The notes: generated from the letters alone by a model not told the origin. DNA of 64,000 nt from the human T2T-CHM13v2.0 reference genome, Homo sapiens (GCF_009914755.1 NC_060929.1); one strand, 5' to 3'. Positions 42,772 to 61,999 are shown, counted from the stretch's first letter. Made by a program: numbers and translations.

Positions 42772-43620
42772 GTTCAGTCATTCACTCATTTATTTATTCA
42801 AGAAATATTTGTGAAGTTAAATAACATATCAGGTAGTATGCCAGGAGCTGGAAATATCACAGTCTGGGATGAGAAAGAAGGAATTAAATAAAACTATCCC
42901 TCAAAATGAAATAACCATGAATTATATTGAGTGTTATATACAAAAAAGAGAGGCTAGTAATTGAAAAAATGTAAGGTCATCAGGGAAGCAGACTTCAAGC
43001 TACAGCTTAAAAATTGAAAGGAGCTAGCCACGGGATGAATTTCGAGAGTGGAGTTTCAAGAAGAAGAAAGAGCAAATCCAGTCTCAGGGCCTCCCTACAC
43101 CATATGAGAAAATGAACTGCTATAATGGTAGACAGTTCAGTTATGGCCGAGTGTCAGAACAATAAGCATGGTGGCTAATCTGAATTCTGTTTCTTGTGCC
43201 TAGAGAAGCTAGTGAAGGGTTATAAGCAAACAGATACAACCTAATTTATGTTTTTGGGAGGCTGTGTGTGTGTGTGTATGTGTGTGTGTGTTTGTGCACC
43301 TGTGTGTTTGTTTGGTATAGTTGACACAGACTGTCCTATGGACAATTGATTAGAGACGGTAAATACATAAGTAGCAAGGCCAGATGGAAGGCCTTTACCC
43401 TGACAACTGCATCAAAGGGAGATGGAGAGAGACTAATGGCTTTGAAGAAGAATCTATAGGACTTGCTCAGAAATAAGTTGTATAGAATGAGCCAAAGGGA
43501 GGAATCCAATTTAAAATCATGTTTTCTTATTTGAGCAATTAGAAAAATAGTGGACCCAATTACTAAGGTGAGAAAAATTGCAGAAATAGCAGATTTAAAG
43601 GCTAAATCAATCTGCCTTTG
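42772..43620 (-). mobile_element. L2 3' region, with (TG)n at about 43263-43300
   Basis: ttcagtcattcactcatttatttattcaagaaatatttg...gccaggagctggaaata (antisense L2 terminus) followed by purine-rich L2-like body. Confidence 0.7.
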
Positions 43621-43844
43621 AAAGACTTAATTGGTTCATAACCATGAGTATGTCTTCAATTCACCTTCAGGGACCAGAGTTCTAAATAAGAGTGATATAT
43701 TCATCAACTGGGAAAGCCAGACCAAAAGATACTGGTTTTATATATCCTCAGACCATCTCTTTTATCCCTACTGTTTTGTAACTGGAGGAAAATTTTTCTA
43801 ATTCACAATTGCTGCCACATTTGGAGAAATATTTGAAATACACA

Positions 43845-44859
43845 GGTTCCATTCTAAGATGGCTGAATAGGAACAGCTCCGGTCTGCAGCTCCCAGTGTG
43901 ATGAACAGAGAAGATGGGTGATTTCTGCATTTCCAACTAAGGTACCTGGTTCATCTCACTGAAACTGGTTGGACAGTGGGTGCAGCCCATGGAGGGCGAA
44001 CCAAAGCAGGGCGGGGTGTTGCCTCACCCGGGAAGCACAAGGGGTCCGGGGATTTCTCTTTCCTAGCCAAAGGAAGCCGTGACAGACTGTATCTGGAAAA
44101 ATGGGACACTCCTGCCCAAATACTGCAACCAGCAGACCAGGAGATTCTCTCCTGTGCCTGGCATGGCAGGTCCCATACCCATGGAGCCTTGCTCACTGCT
44201 AGTGCAGCCATCTGAGATCAAACTGCCAGGCTGCAGCCTGGCAGGGGGGAGGGGCATCTGCCCTTGTTGAGGCTTGAGTTGGTAAACAAAGCAGCTGGGA
44301 AGCTCAAACTGGGCAAAGCCCACCGCAGCTCAACAAGGCTTACTGCCTCTATAGACTCCACCTCTGTGGGCAGGGCATAGCTGAACAAAAGGCAGTAGAA
44401 ACTTTCACAGACTTAAACAGCCCTGTCTGACAGCTCTGAAGAGAGCAATAGTTCTCCCAGCATGGTGTTTGAGCTCTGAGAATGGACAGACTGCCTCCTC
44501 AAGTGGGTCCCTGACCCCCATGCGGCCTAACTGGGAGATACCTCCCAGTCGGGGCCGACAGATGCCTCATACAGGCAGGTGCTCCTCTGGGATGAAGCTT
44601 CCAAAGGAAGGATCAGGCAGTAATATTTGCTGTTCTGCAATATTCGCTGTTCTGCAGCCTCCACTGGTGATACCCAGGAAAACAGCATCTGGAGTGGACC
44701 TCCAGCAAACTTCTACAGACCTGCAGCTGAGAGACCTGTTAGAAGCATAACTAACAAACAGAAAGAAATAGCATCAACATCAACAAAAAGGACATCCATA
44801 CCAAAACCCCATCTGTAGGTCACCAACATCAAAGACCAAAGGTAGATAAAACCACAAAG
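43845..44859 (+). promoter_or_regulatory. L1 5' UTR (internal sense promoter and antisense-promoter region), YY1 core AAGATGGC retained, CpG-depleted
   Basis: Homology to the L1PA 5' UTR; activity is not demonstrable from sequence. Confidence 0.55.
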
Positions 44860-45883
44860 ATGGGGGAAAACCAGAGCAGAAAAGCTGAGAATTCTAAAAA
44901 CCAGAGTGCCTGTTCTCCTCCAAAGGATTGCAGCTCCTTGCCAGCAATGGAATAAAGCTGGACGGAGAATGACTTTGACGAGTTGACAGAAGTAGGCTTC
45001 AGAAAGTCGTTAATAACAAACATCTCTGAGCTAAAGGAGCATGTTCTAACCCATCACAAGGAAGCTAAAAACCTTGAAAAAAGGTTAGACAAATGGCTAA
45101 CTAGAATAACAGGGTAGAGAAGACCTTAAATGACCTGATGGAATTGAAAACCATGGCACGAGAACTCCTTGACGCATGCACAAGCTTCAATAGCTGATTC
45201 GATTGATTGGAAGAAAGGATATCAGTGATTGAAGATCCAATTAATGAAATAAAGTGAAAATACAAGTTTATAGAAAAAAGAGTAAAAAGAAATGAACAAA
45301 GCCTCCAAGAAATATGGGACTATGTGAAAAGACCAAATCTACGTTTAATTGGTGTACCTGAAAGTGTTGGGGAGAATGGAACCAAGTTGGAAAACACTCT
45401 GCAGGATATTATCCAGGAGAACTTCCCCAATCTAGCAAGGCGGGCCAACATTCAAATTCAGGAAATACAGAGAACACCACAAAGATACTCCTTGAGAAGA
45501 GCAACCCCAAGACACATAATTGTCAGAATCACCAAGGTTGAAATGAAGAAAAAAATGTTAACGACAGCCAGAGAGAAAGGGCGGGTTACCCACAAAGGGA
45601 AGCCCATCAGACTAACAAGGGATCTCTCGGCAGAAACTCTACAAGCCAGAAGAGAGTGGGAGCCAATATTCAATATTCTTAAAGAAAAGAATTTTCAACC
45701 CAGAATTTCATATCCAGCCAAACTAAACTCATAAGTGAAGGTGAAATAAAATCCTTTACAGACAAGCAAATGTTAAGAGATTCTGTCACCACCAGGCCTG
45801 CCTTACAAGAGCTCCTGAAGGAAGCACTAAACATGGGAAGGAACAACTAGTACCAGCCACCACAAAAACATGCCAAATTATAA
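44860..45883 (+). pseudogene. L1 ORF1p remnant
   Basis: ATG GGG GAA AAC CAG AGC AGA AAA; early TAA after MGENQSRK...PAME; fragment KRPNLRLIGVPE...RISYPAKL. Confidence 0.93.
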
Positions 45884-45946
45884 AGACCATCGATGCTAGG
45901 AAGAAACTGCATCAACTAACGAGCAAAATAACCAGCTAACATCATA

Positions 45947-49672
<3,726 letters not shown>

Positions 49673-51567
49673 ACAATGAGAACACTTGGACACAGGGCAG
49701 AGAACATCACACACCAGGGCTTGTCGGGCAGTGGGGGGCTAGGGAGGGATAGCATTAGGAGAAATACCTAATGTAAATGACGAGTTGTTGGGTGCAGCAA
49801 ACCAGCATGGCACATGTATACCTATGTAACAAACCTGCACGTTGTGCACATGTAACCCAGAATGTAAAGTATAATAACAACGAAAAAAGAAATACATATA
49901 CATTTTTTTTCATGTGCCTGATGACTATTTCTTACAACAGTGCCCTATTTTCTCATGACTGGGTACCATGCATTGGCTCTGTATATCTTTCTTCATTTTG
50001 ACGTAAATTCTACGTAATACTGTATAAATATTTTATAGTATATGGTTCTTACTGTTACCTAGTTTCAACATGAATGAAGATACATTTTTTATTTTTGCTC
50101 CCTTTAAAAATAGTTCAGGAATCTTTTGAAAAGGACAGAGAATTAGGAGCTAGTTCTTACCCTGTTGTCTTTTTCTAAACTTCCAAATATCTGTTCATTA
50201 AATTCACCTGTATATAGAACACTGCTGTTAACTTCCAGGATATGCATAAAAATGAAGATTTAAAATTAAATAGGCCACGTGACTACCGAATGCATTTGCC
50301 ATGGCTATGCATGTCAAAATTTCTAATTTGAAAAAATGATTACTACAATGAATTATGAGTAGCAGATCTGAAGTTAGAGGAGGCATAAGAAATCTTTCAT
50401 TTTAAAAACTTACAGAATTTTAGATACAAAATGTCTTCATCAGCAGGGGCCATGCAGCTCAGAACATTCATTTAGAGTTTAATAAAATAAGCCCATGGTT
50501 ACAACTGTCTTCATTAAAATATGTTTTATAAATAGGTTTAATTTGCCTGATTTCAAATACAGGCTAAGAATTAAAATGAAATCACAAAAAAAAAAACCTT
50601 GAGAATATTTTTAGAATTTAGATATTTGCCTTCATAAGACAAACCTTACATGGCTAAATAAACAAATAGATATTATTTTGACATTTTGGAGGTATCAGTG
50701 CATCCTGATCCATAAATGAGAAATGTAATTTGCCTAAGAACTTTGTTTAGGGTAAAACCATGAAACAAACAAACAAAAATACTTTTTGTCTAAATGGAAT
50801 AAGACATTTAACTTTTAACATTTTATCCTTTCTAGTTAAGAATTAGTATTACCAGGATAATTTGTTTTTGAGAAAGTAAACCTAGATTTAATGAGTGTCA
50901 AACTTTGTGCTATGGGATTTACATATAAAATCTCATTTAATTCTCCTAAAATCCCCTTGTTCATCTTTATTATATAAGATATCGGTGATGTACAGTCAGA
51001 TTAAGTAATTTATGCAACTTAACAGAGTTTGGTTATGAGGGAGCTCATTTTGTTTCGTAATATCAGAGTGGTTTAACTGTGCCTAAAATGCAACACTAGA
51101 AGATAATTGTATAACATTCTCATGCATATATTTTATAATGCAATTGATCATAATACTGTTTTTTACACATGTAGCTACCCATGATAAAACATTGATTCTC
51201 TGCATGTTAAAGTATATAGCAATAAAACAGTATTATAATTACTAAAGCAATTAGTCCATGTTTTAATAAATTGATTTTCTTATTAATGTGGAAATGATAA
51301 AGAATTCAGTGATAACTTTATAAACTAAACAGACATTTCTTGATTTTTAGGGTAACATTTATAATGCTTAATCATATGTTACCGACAAAATGCTTTTCAT
51401 AAAGGTCAGCCAGTAATTTAATCCAGCTGGTGGAAAAATAAATAAATGAACATTTCTAAGTACATGATAATTAAGTTATTCAGTGCAATCACAAGATAGC
51501 ATATCTTGGATATTTCAAATGGCTCTAGTGAAATAGAGCCTAGCTAGAGTTTTTACCTTTTCTTGCT

Positions 51568-51907
51568 TGTATCAATCAGAGGCCTACTGAGAAAACAGAA
51601 CACAGAGAAAGTATTCAAATAGTGTATGTTTAATGCAGGTGATTTGTTACTCTTGTCATGTAAGATCTAAGCCACACAGAGGACAGTGAGGTAACACAAA
51701 GATCAGAAGCAACCACTCTGAAACTGGAGGACAGGAATGAAGAGGTGTTCCATGACCCCTGGGCCATCTGACCAAACCAAGCTACAACCAGCTGTCAAGA
51801 GAGCATGGCAAAGTGCAGCTGCAAAGGTCTCCTATCTTGTGATAGAGAACAAAGCAAGGAAAAAGTGAGGAACATGTCTAAGAGCAAACAGACCAAGCAC
51901 CAGCTAC
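51568..51907 (-). mobile_element. LTR41-like ERVL LTR
   Basis: tgtatcaatcagagg...gaaaacagaa...tttaatgcagg...gaggacagtgaggtaacacaaagatcag...ctggaggac. Confidence 0.6.
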
Positions 51908-52346
51908 GATAGTTTTGCTTGCTGGTGAAGAAATAATTTCCTTTTTTATATTATACCCAACAACACTCTAAAGTAAGTAGAAGTTACATTTTTAAAATTT
52001 TTTTTAAAAAGATAATAAGTCACAGTATTTTCAACAAGTCTTTTCATAAAATGTCGCCCAAATATTTGTGTATTATTATCTTTCGTCTATGTTTTATTTG
52101 GTCTTACCCTTACCAAATGCAATACCACATTCTGAATACAAATGCATTATAATTATATAAGTTTATTTAAAATGTATTCAAAGAGACAATTTTATTCTCA
52201 GATAAATAATTTTAAAAACACTTTAAAAGATGGAAAAATGATAATGTCATTCAAGGATAACGCAACAAAGAAACCAGTATTTATTCTTCAGTATACTTTA
52301 ATATATATATATTCTTTTCCTAAGAATTTGTAGATTGATGTAGGTA

Positions 52347-52560
52347 CAAAGGTTGGCAACCTAAGGACTGTCGGCAAAAGTCTGCCACCACTTTTTGTAA
52401 ATAAAATTTTATTTAAACAAAGTCACACCCCTGTGTTCAAGTATTGTCTGTGGCCATTTGGCTTACTATAGCAGAGGTGAATAGTTGTGACAGAGACCAT
52501 ATGGCTGACTAGCCTAAAACATTTACTAATTGACCCTTTAAAGAAAAGATTGCAGACTTA
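52347..52560 (+). mobile_element. MER58A
   Basis: ggttggcaacct...tttttgtaaataaaattttatt...gcagaggtgaatagttgtgacagagaccatatgg...agcctaaaacatttact. Confidence 0.88.
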
Positions 52561-54268
52561 GGAAGTGAGTATGTGTTTCATTTTTGTTTTTAACTGAAAC
52601 CTCCATTAAAAGAGGAACCTAATTTTACTTCTTATATTACCTGAGAATAACAGAAAATAAAATCACAAAACCAATTATGTCTCCCTCATATACCCTAAAC
52701 ACAAATATATACCTAGAGTAGATTTAAACTTCATATAAAGCAAAATTATTTTGCCAGTGGAAACATTTGAACTACCCAAATTAGGTTATCTTATAAATGT
52801 GCTTAATAATTCAATTATGAGGTATTCTTTAGAAAAGTTATTTTTTAATTTTTTACCAGGTAGATTTAATGAACTTTTTATTAAATAGGAGTTCATATTG
52901 TAGCCAAGGTTGTATATGTTTGTTTTCATAGCCATTGGCAACATGATACTTCTTGATGCTTTTAAATGAAAATCCTTCGCAAAAGTCTCCGTGAATGTAT
53001 AATAAATATATATTTACTTAAATACAAGTGTCACAAGCAAAGTTAATGATTCTTAATTCGGTAACTATTTTGTTTACCTTACATTTATCATTACAAAAAT
53101 AATTTTAATTTTGAAATATGTCCTAGGAGTATGAGTATAATTATAATTGAATGATTAGCAGGAATACATAATAAATAGTGATCATTTCATCTTAGGCATA
53201 GGTGAAGCAAAGGAGGATCTCTGAGAAAGTTTTAGGTGAAACGCAGCCTCCTGATATTAAATTATTAGGAAGCAACCTTTAAAAACTAATAAAATAAATA
53301 GATAAAGTACATGTTGTTAACCAACTTCTAATGATTGCAATAAAGCCTCTTGCCGAGACCGACTTTTAAATTTATTCCTCAAACATGGATGGACTATCTA
53401 CTCTGCAGAAATCACTGAATATACACAATAAAATTATCAGTTTAATTACCACTTGTTTAAGAAAGCTAAAGAAAAGAGAGAAAATACAGTGGTAAAACAG
53501 AATATATTGTGATGACAATTAAGGGGCATGCATCCAACTCATTTCCAATATAAGGTGTCTGAATTCCTCACAAATTATATATAACACCATTGGTAACTTG
53601 TTCTAAAGTACAAATTTTATTTACCATGATAAACAACTCAATATAGTCCCAATGCCTACATTGCAAGACTAGGAGCTTGCTTAATTTTATATGTGTTTAT
53701 CCTTCACCATAAAATTAAAAATGGAACTCATATTTACTAATGCATTTGTTGTTCTGTCTTGCTCTGGGCAGAAGCCAAAATCCCTAGCCTAGACTTTACC
53801 TCTTTCTCTGTAACTGCTCTGGTAGCCTGCAAAGAAGTACAAACATGGAGTGTGGAGCAGAAATGATGTTCTCTGATGTTCAATGCCCCTTTCTAAAGTT
53901 CACCCTTTCTGAGACTGTATTTCAAGACTGTATTTCAAGCTACATTCTCCCATTCTACATTTCAAAATTAACACCAAAACACAGTGGTCCATAACTTCTG
54001 TTTCGGTTATGTCACGGCAACTATTGCTGTCACCTAAATGCACCTGGATGATATCAGATGGCCTTGGTATTGACTTTAATATTTTTTGGTGGCCTTGACC
54101 AACAATGGTAAGTCAGCCTACTCCACTGGTACCAAACCTGTGCTCTCTGTTAATGGAGATGGCCTTCTCCTATTAGACATCCGCTTTTCTTATGAGCCCC
54201 TGGAGAGCCATATATATATTACTTCTGTCATTATTACTGCTCAGACTCTCCCTTTCCATAACTTCTAC

Positions 54269-54630
54269 TGTTATGGAATGAATGTTTATGTCTCCTCCAA
54301 ATTCATATATAGAAATGCTAATCTCCAACGTGATGGCATTAGAAAGTAAGGTCCTTGAGAGGTGATAAAATCATGATGATAGAGCCCCCATGAGTGAGAT
54401 TAGCACCCTTATTAAAGAGGCACCAGAGAACCCTCTTGCCCTCTTTCAACCCTGGGGGGAGACAATGAGAAGTTGGCAATTGCAATCTGGAAAAGGGCCC
54501 GCCCCAGAACCTGACCATACCAGTATCCTGATCTTGGACTGTCAGCCTTCAGAACTGTGAGCAAAAAAATATGTGTTGTTTATAGCCACCCAGTGTATGG
54601 TATTTTGTTATAGCATTCTGAACTGAGATA
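54269..54630 (+). mobile_element. MLT1A0 solo LTR
   Basis: tgttatggaatgaatgtttatgtctcctccaaattcatat...ccagaacctgaccat...cagaactgtgag...tggtattttgttatagca. Confidence 0.9.
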
Positions 54631-54960
54631 TCCATCTGTCACAATTTGGTAAAAGCTCCGTTCAGGGACAATTTGGAAATAACTCAACTGCCACATTAAA
54701 AATTTAGAACTTTCAAACAAAATTCTGGGAGATGTAAACACAAATCTCTTGGTTTCTAATTTAAAGGGACACCTTTCTTTTACTTTCACTTCATTGTAGG
54801 AAGTAATCAACATCTGTTTTGTCTTTTTCTTCCAACTTTATGTTGCTGCTGGTGACAAACTGAAGATTGTCTTGGAGTTCCTGTCCTATGCAATAGGGTT
54901 CTGAGCCCTAGGTGGGGCTCTATTTCTAGCTCAGGGGTAAAGCATCAATTTCATTGCAAT

Positions 54961-54981
54961 CTCTCTCTCTCTCTCTCTCCA

Positions 54982-55036
<55 letters not shown>

Positions 55037-55043
55037 ACACACA
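54961..55043. repeat. (CT)n-(CA)n compound microsatellite
   Basis: Seen directly. Confidence 0.97.
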
Positions 55044-55549
55044 TTATGCTTATTGGTTCAGGGTAGAAGTTTATGTTAAATTTGTCCATACAGAGGAATG
55101 CATGGGACTGTTATTCATCAGAAAGAGAAACTTTCTTTTTATGCTGGCTTTGAACCCAGGAGGCTATGAGTATTGACCTACTATGGGCCATCATAAAAAG
55201 TAAAAGAAAGAATACACCATGAGAGGCAGAGCTTAGAGAATCATAGAAATGGTGCTCTGATGATATAGTATGAATCCTGAATATGATGGTGTCTGAAACT
55301 AGGACTAAAAACAGATGTTTCAGTTTTTGAACCAATCAATTTGTTTCTCTTTCTGCTTGAACCTGTTAGTACTAGATTATGTCACTTGAAATTGAGAGAC
55401 TGTAAAGCAGATATTAAGGGATAACTTTTGTCTCCCTGTTTGATGGTCACTGGAAACTCCTTAAGTATTCCATTACATCAAGTGTGTGGGTGAGGAAAGG
55501 GGGATGATTTGTAGGATAAGCCAATTACTGTGAAGAGTAGATGCTTGTA

Positions 55550-56239
55550 CGTTAGCAGCGGTGAATCTGTAGGGGTCTGCAGCAACCTCAATTCTTGTCT
55601 CCTCAGAAGAAAGAATTCAACCACAGGGCACAAGGCAGAGTGAGAGGCCGAGGCAAGTTTTAGAGCAATAGTGAAAGTTTATTAAAAAGCTTTGGGACAG
55701 AAATGAAAGGAAGTAAAGTACACGTGGAAGAAGGCCAAGCACTTGACTCTAGAGAGACAAATGAGTGGTTTGACCTCTGGCTTGGGGTTTTATATGTTGG
55801 CATGATTCCTGGGGGTTGCATCTCTTCTCCTCTGATTCTTCCCTTAGGGTGGGCTCTCCGCACGCTCAGTGGCCTACTGGCAGTTGGGAGGGGCTCTATG
55901 TGCAGTCTGTTTACTAAAATATGCATGTTCACTTGGGCATTTTTCCCTTATCTGTCCGGTGTTCCTAGAGGAAGATCGTCTGCCATTTTGCCTCTTAGTG
56001 CTCATGTTTGAGCCCACTCACCCAACTTCTGAGATCTTATTGGGAAACTGCTAATCACCAGTTTCTTGTGTTTCTATCTGTTGGGAGACTGCCTTTCCCT
56101 GGTGCTGGCTGCAACTAATTATTATTTTAGAGAGACAGTTAATGACCACCTGGCCATCACCTGATGGTTGCCTGACATTCCTAATTGTGTGGGGCCCTCT
56201 CTTACCCTGCTCATGTCTGACTGGCTACCTACTCAAACA
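55550..56239 (-). mobile_element. MER50 ERV1 solo LTR
   Basis: Minus strand begins tgtttgagtaggtagccagtcagacatgagcagggtaagagagggcccc...aggaatgtcaggcaaccatcaggtgatggccagg. Confidence 0.88.
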
Positions 56240-57838
56240 ATCTCATGGTCAATTTCAACCCACCCATGTTACATCACTGAACTAGGAGTTGTGAAGGGAT
56301 GGACGTGATCAATTCTTGCTAGTCAGTGCAAGCCATTCTTGGCGTATAACACCAATAGTATCTTCATTCCTCTATGACTTCCCAAGTTCTCTCAGTGGTT
56401 ATGCAGAATTTTTTAAATTTTGTAGGGCAATGCTGATTTCTAGTCTGGCATGTCAGTTACTTAGAAGTTGCCACTCCATCGTAACAACAAATAAAAAGAT
56501 AACAAAATCATCAGTTCTTGTTACATCTGGTAGAGAAGTGAGTGCAGATCACTGTCTATCACTCCCAATGTTGGAGAAACAGACAGACAGATACAGAGAA
56601 TCACAACTTATCTGAGCAGAAACCCTGGATCAAAAATCTCTGCAGGAACCAGTGGCAGGGTGGACCTGAACTGTAATTGATAAATTGTTGAAGCACAGTG
56701 TGGACAACTCTGAGACTTAAAAACTCCAGGAGGCCCTGTTTTCGGGAGGCTGCTGCATTTTTATAAATTTTACCTTCAGAAGTGCTACCAATTCTTCACA
56801 GTAAATATTGGAAAAAACTTCCCTTTGTGATGTTGGTAGGGGGAGACGAAAAGTAATCATTTTGAAAGATGCCATAGCATTCTCTTCTTCTTAATATAAG
56901 GCCTGCCTTCAGGGGAAACTATTTAGCAGAGACTAATCTGCTGGGGTTTTATGAAAGCCTAACTGTCCTGGGGAAAGGAAGCCTTCTACATGGAGGAAGG
57001 GAAATACACAGCACTTGCCCTCTTCCAGCCATCCTGCTCCACCTAAGTGGGAGAGGACCAGGAGGCACTAGCGAAGTTCATGGTCCAAGGGCACAATCTT
57101 ACCAAAAGAATGAGACCAAATTATAAGACAAAAACTTTTCTTGTCCCCACAATTTACTGTTATATTGCTAAAGGTCTACTTAGTGCAGTTTCTTGTATCC
57201 TGTAGGTTATATCCATTTTTCAACAAAGAATTATAAGGCATACTCATAGGCAAAAACAAAGTTTGAGAGACTGAATAAGATTCAGAACCAGTCAGTTATA
57301 GAAAGAATGCCAGAATTATCAGATCAAGAATCAAAACAAAATCTCCCCAAAAATCTATAATTACTATGCTAAGAGCTTTAATGGAAAATGTAGATAATAT
57401 GCCAAAACAGAAGAATAATATAAGCAGAGAGATAGAAATTATATCAAAGAGTCAAAAATAATGCTAGAAATTAAAGACTCTGTAACAGAAATGAAGAATT
57501 TATCGTGTGGGTTCATTAGACTGGACGTGGCTGAGGAAAGACTGTCTGAGCTTGAAGATATGACAATAGAATCTTCAAAAACTAAAAACAACAGAGAAAA
57601 AAATGCTGAATAAAACCCCCCACAAAAACAGCATAATATCCAAGAGCTGTGCAACAACAAAATGTATAACATAAGTATAATGAGAATACCGGAAAAAGAA
57701 GAAAGAATGGAATGAACAGAAAGGTTATTTGAGAAAATAATGATGGAGAATTTTCCCAAATTAACGTCAGAAACTAAACAACAAACCCAGGAAACTCAGA
57801 AAACACAAAGCAGGATAAATGCCAGAAAACCTATATCT

Positions 57839-58142
<304 letters not shown>

Positions 58143-59137
58143 TTAAAAAAAGTTGTGAAAGAAGCCAGAGGGAAGAAAAAAAAAAATTTCAAAGGTAAGA
58201 ATTACATACAACTTCCCCTCAAACAACATGCCTGAAAGAAGAGTGTAGAATAAAATATTTGAGGGGTTGAGAGAAAAAATAAAACAAACAAACATAAAAA
58301 CACCAACTTAGAATTTATTATCCCTCAAATGTGAAGGAGTAGTGAAGATTTTCACAGAAAAACAAAAGTTGAGGGAATTTTTTGCCATCAGATGTCTTGC
58401 AAGAAGAGTTAAAAACCTGTTTTTCAGTACAAAGAAAAATTATATAGGTCAGAAATGCAGATCTAAATAAAGACAGGAAGAACGTTAGAGAATAAATAAG
58501 TAAAAAACAATACTTTTATTTTTCTTATTCTTAGTTTATCCAATAGATAACAAAATTGTTCAAAATAACAGTAGAAGCTATATTCAATTATTTACAACTA
58601 TATATATTTATATATGCTTATGTATAAGTAAAATGTATGACATCACTGATAATACAAGGAACAGGAGGAAAAAATAGGAATAGTTTGTTATTATGAGTTA
58701 TACTTCCTGTTAAGTAGTATAATGTTATCTGAAAATGGGCTTGAAGTAATTCTAAATATAGATTGTAAAATCTCAACCACTTAATTTTTTTAAATGCATA
58801 ATTATGACAATAAGAACGGAGAATGAATGAAATTATATAAAATACCCAATTAAAATCACAAAAGGCAGAAAAAGTTTGGAAGATAAAAATAGAAACAAAA
58901 AACAATAGTGACAAAAACAATAACAAATATGGTAGCTATTAATGCAACTATATCACTAATAACCTTAAACATTAATAGGCTAAATACACCAATTAAAAAA
59001 CAGATTGTCAGAGTAAATTAAAAGAAAACTGTGTACTAGTTACAAGAAGCCCACATTAAATGTAATTACACATATAGTTTTAAAATAAAGCGATGAAGAA
59101 AGATATACCATTCTAACATGAATCAAAAGAATCGGGA

Positions 59138-59483
<346 letters not shown>

Positions 59484-61953
59484 ATTACTGCTTTTTTAAC
59501 ATCATCCTGGAAGTCCCAGTTGATGTGATAAGTCAATACGAGAAATTTAAAATTACATAGATTGAAAAGACAAAATGAAACAGTCTTTGTTCATAGGTGA
59601 TATTATCATTGACATGAAGAAATGGAAAAAATTAGAGGACCAGACAATTTAAAAAACCTTCTCAGAACTAATATGCAATTATAGCAAGGTTGCAGGATAC
59701 AAGGTTAATATACAAAGGGCAATTCTGTATATACCAGCTATGAATAAGTGGAATTTGAAATAAAAAATGTCATAACACATTAGGATCCCAAAATGAAATA
59801 CTTTGAAAACAAAATATGTTAACAAAATATGTACAAAATTTATGTGAAGAAAACTATGAAACTCTCATAAAAAGATACTGTATTAAGAAGAAAAACTAAA
59901 TAAATGGGAAAGTATTCTGCATTTATGCATGGAAAGAGTCAATAATGTCAAGATGTCAGTTCTTTCCAATTTGGTTATTAGATTCAATGCATTGACAATA
60001 AAAATTCCAGCAAGATATCTTGTAGATATTCACAAACCTATACTTAAGGTTTATGTGAAGAGACAAAAAAACTCAGAATACCTGACTCAATAATGAAGAA
60101 GAAAAAGAAAAGTCAGAAATTTGATACTACCCAGCTTTAGTCTTACAATAAAACTACATTAATCAAGGCAGTGTGGTTTGGGCCAAAGAGTAGATTAGAC
60201 AAATCAATAGAACAGAATAGAGCCCAGAAATAGACCAACATGAATGTGGTATACTGATCTTTAAAAAAGGAGAGAAGTCAATATAATGAAGCAGAGATAT
60301 TCTTTTCAAGAAATGGAACTAAAACAACTGTGCAAATGTGCAAAAATTGAATTACACAAAATCTTAAACCCTCCACAAAAAATAACAACATATAAATTAT
60401 AGACCTAAATTAAAACACAAAACTATAGAACTAGAAGATAAAATAGGAGAACACCTAGATAGACTTGGGTATAACAATGACTTTTTATATATGATACTAA
60501 AAACCCAATATATGAAATAATTAATAAATAAGCTTGCTGTCATTAAATTAAAAACTTCCGTTCTGCAAAAGACAATGACCAGAGAAAAAGAAGACAAGTC
60601 ACAGACTGAGAAAACATATTTGCAAAATTCAAATCCGATAAAGCTCTGTTATCCAAAATAGACAAATAATACTAAAACTCAACAATAAGAAAATGAAAAA
60701 CCCTATTGAAAAATGGAAAAAAGACTTGAACAGACACTTCCCCGAAGAGTGCATACAGATGGCAAGTAAGTCTATGAAAATACATTCAAAGTTATATGCC
60801 ATTAGGGAATTGCCAATAAAAACAATGAGCTACTACTCAACACTTGTTAGAATGGTCAGTATACAAAACCTGACAACATTAAATGCTGACAAGGATGTGG
60901 TCATTTTGCATTACCACCAGTAGGGATGACAGAAACTCTCATTCCTTACTGGTGGGAATGCAAAATGGTAGAGCCACTTTGGAAGACAGTTTGGGAGTTT
61001 CTTACAATGCTTAACCTGCCCTTTCCATATAATCCAGCAATTGTGTTCCTTGGTATTTACTCCTAGGAGCTGAAAACTTATGTCCACACAAAAACCTGCA
61101 CACAAATGTTTAAAGCAGCTTTATTCATTATGTCCAAAACTTGGAAACAACCACATACCCTTCAGTAGGTTACTGGATAAATAAACTCGGGTACATGGAG
61201 ACAATGGAAGATTATTCAGTGCTAAAAAGTATTAGCTATCGAGCCATGAAAAGATACGAAGAACACTTAAATGCATACTACTAAGTAGAAAAGAGTATTT
61301 TAACAGGCTACATACTGTATGCTTCCAACTATATGACATTCAAGAGGTGGTAAAAAGTTTCATGTTTGCCAGTGTTTAGGGGGAGGGAGGGATGAATAGA
61401 AAGAGGACAGAGGGATTTTAAGGCAATGAAACTATTCTGTGTGAAAATAAATAGTGGACATATGTCCTTATACATTTGTCAAAATTCATGGACTATACAA
61501 CACCAAGGGGAACATTAAGGTACACTGTGGTCTTTGGATAATGATGATGCATCAATGTGCATGTATCGATGATAACAAATGAACCAGAGTGTGTGGGATT
61601 TTGATGGTGGGGGAGGTTATGAGTGCCTGGGAATATGTGGGAACTTTGTACTTTCAATTCAACATTTCTGTGAAACTAAAATGATCTAAAAATTAAAGTT
61701 TATTAATCTAAAAAAGTAATAGTTTTAAATTTAATATTTATATTTTTCCTTTTGAACTTTATGTATAAAATATAGAATGATACAATTAAGCAGTCTCCTC
61801 AGGGAAACTATTAACATAGTTGATCCATACAAGATCTCTCATATTTAATTTTCTCTTTTTACCCCAATCATCATGATGCAATCTCCTTAGATAGCAATTG
61901 TCATGTGTTGTGACATGTTCACAAAGATATGTTTCCAAGAAAAATATGTTCTG

Positions 61954-61956
<3 letters not shown>

Positions 61957-61985
<29 letters not shown>
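61957..61985. repeat. (TG)n microsatellite
   Basis: Seen directly. Confidence 0.95.
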
Positions 61986-61987
<2 letters not shown>

Positions 61988-61999
61988 ATTACCATAAAG

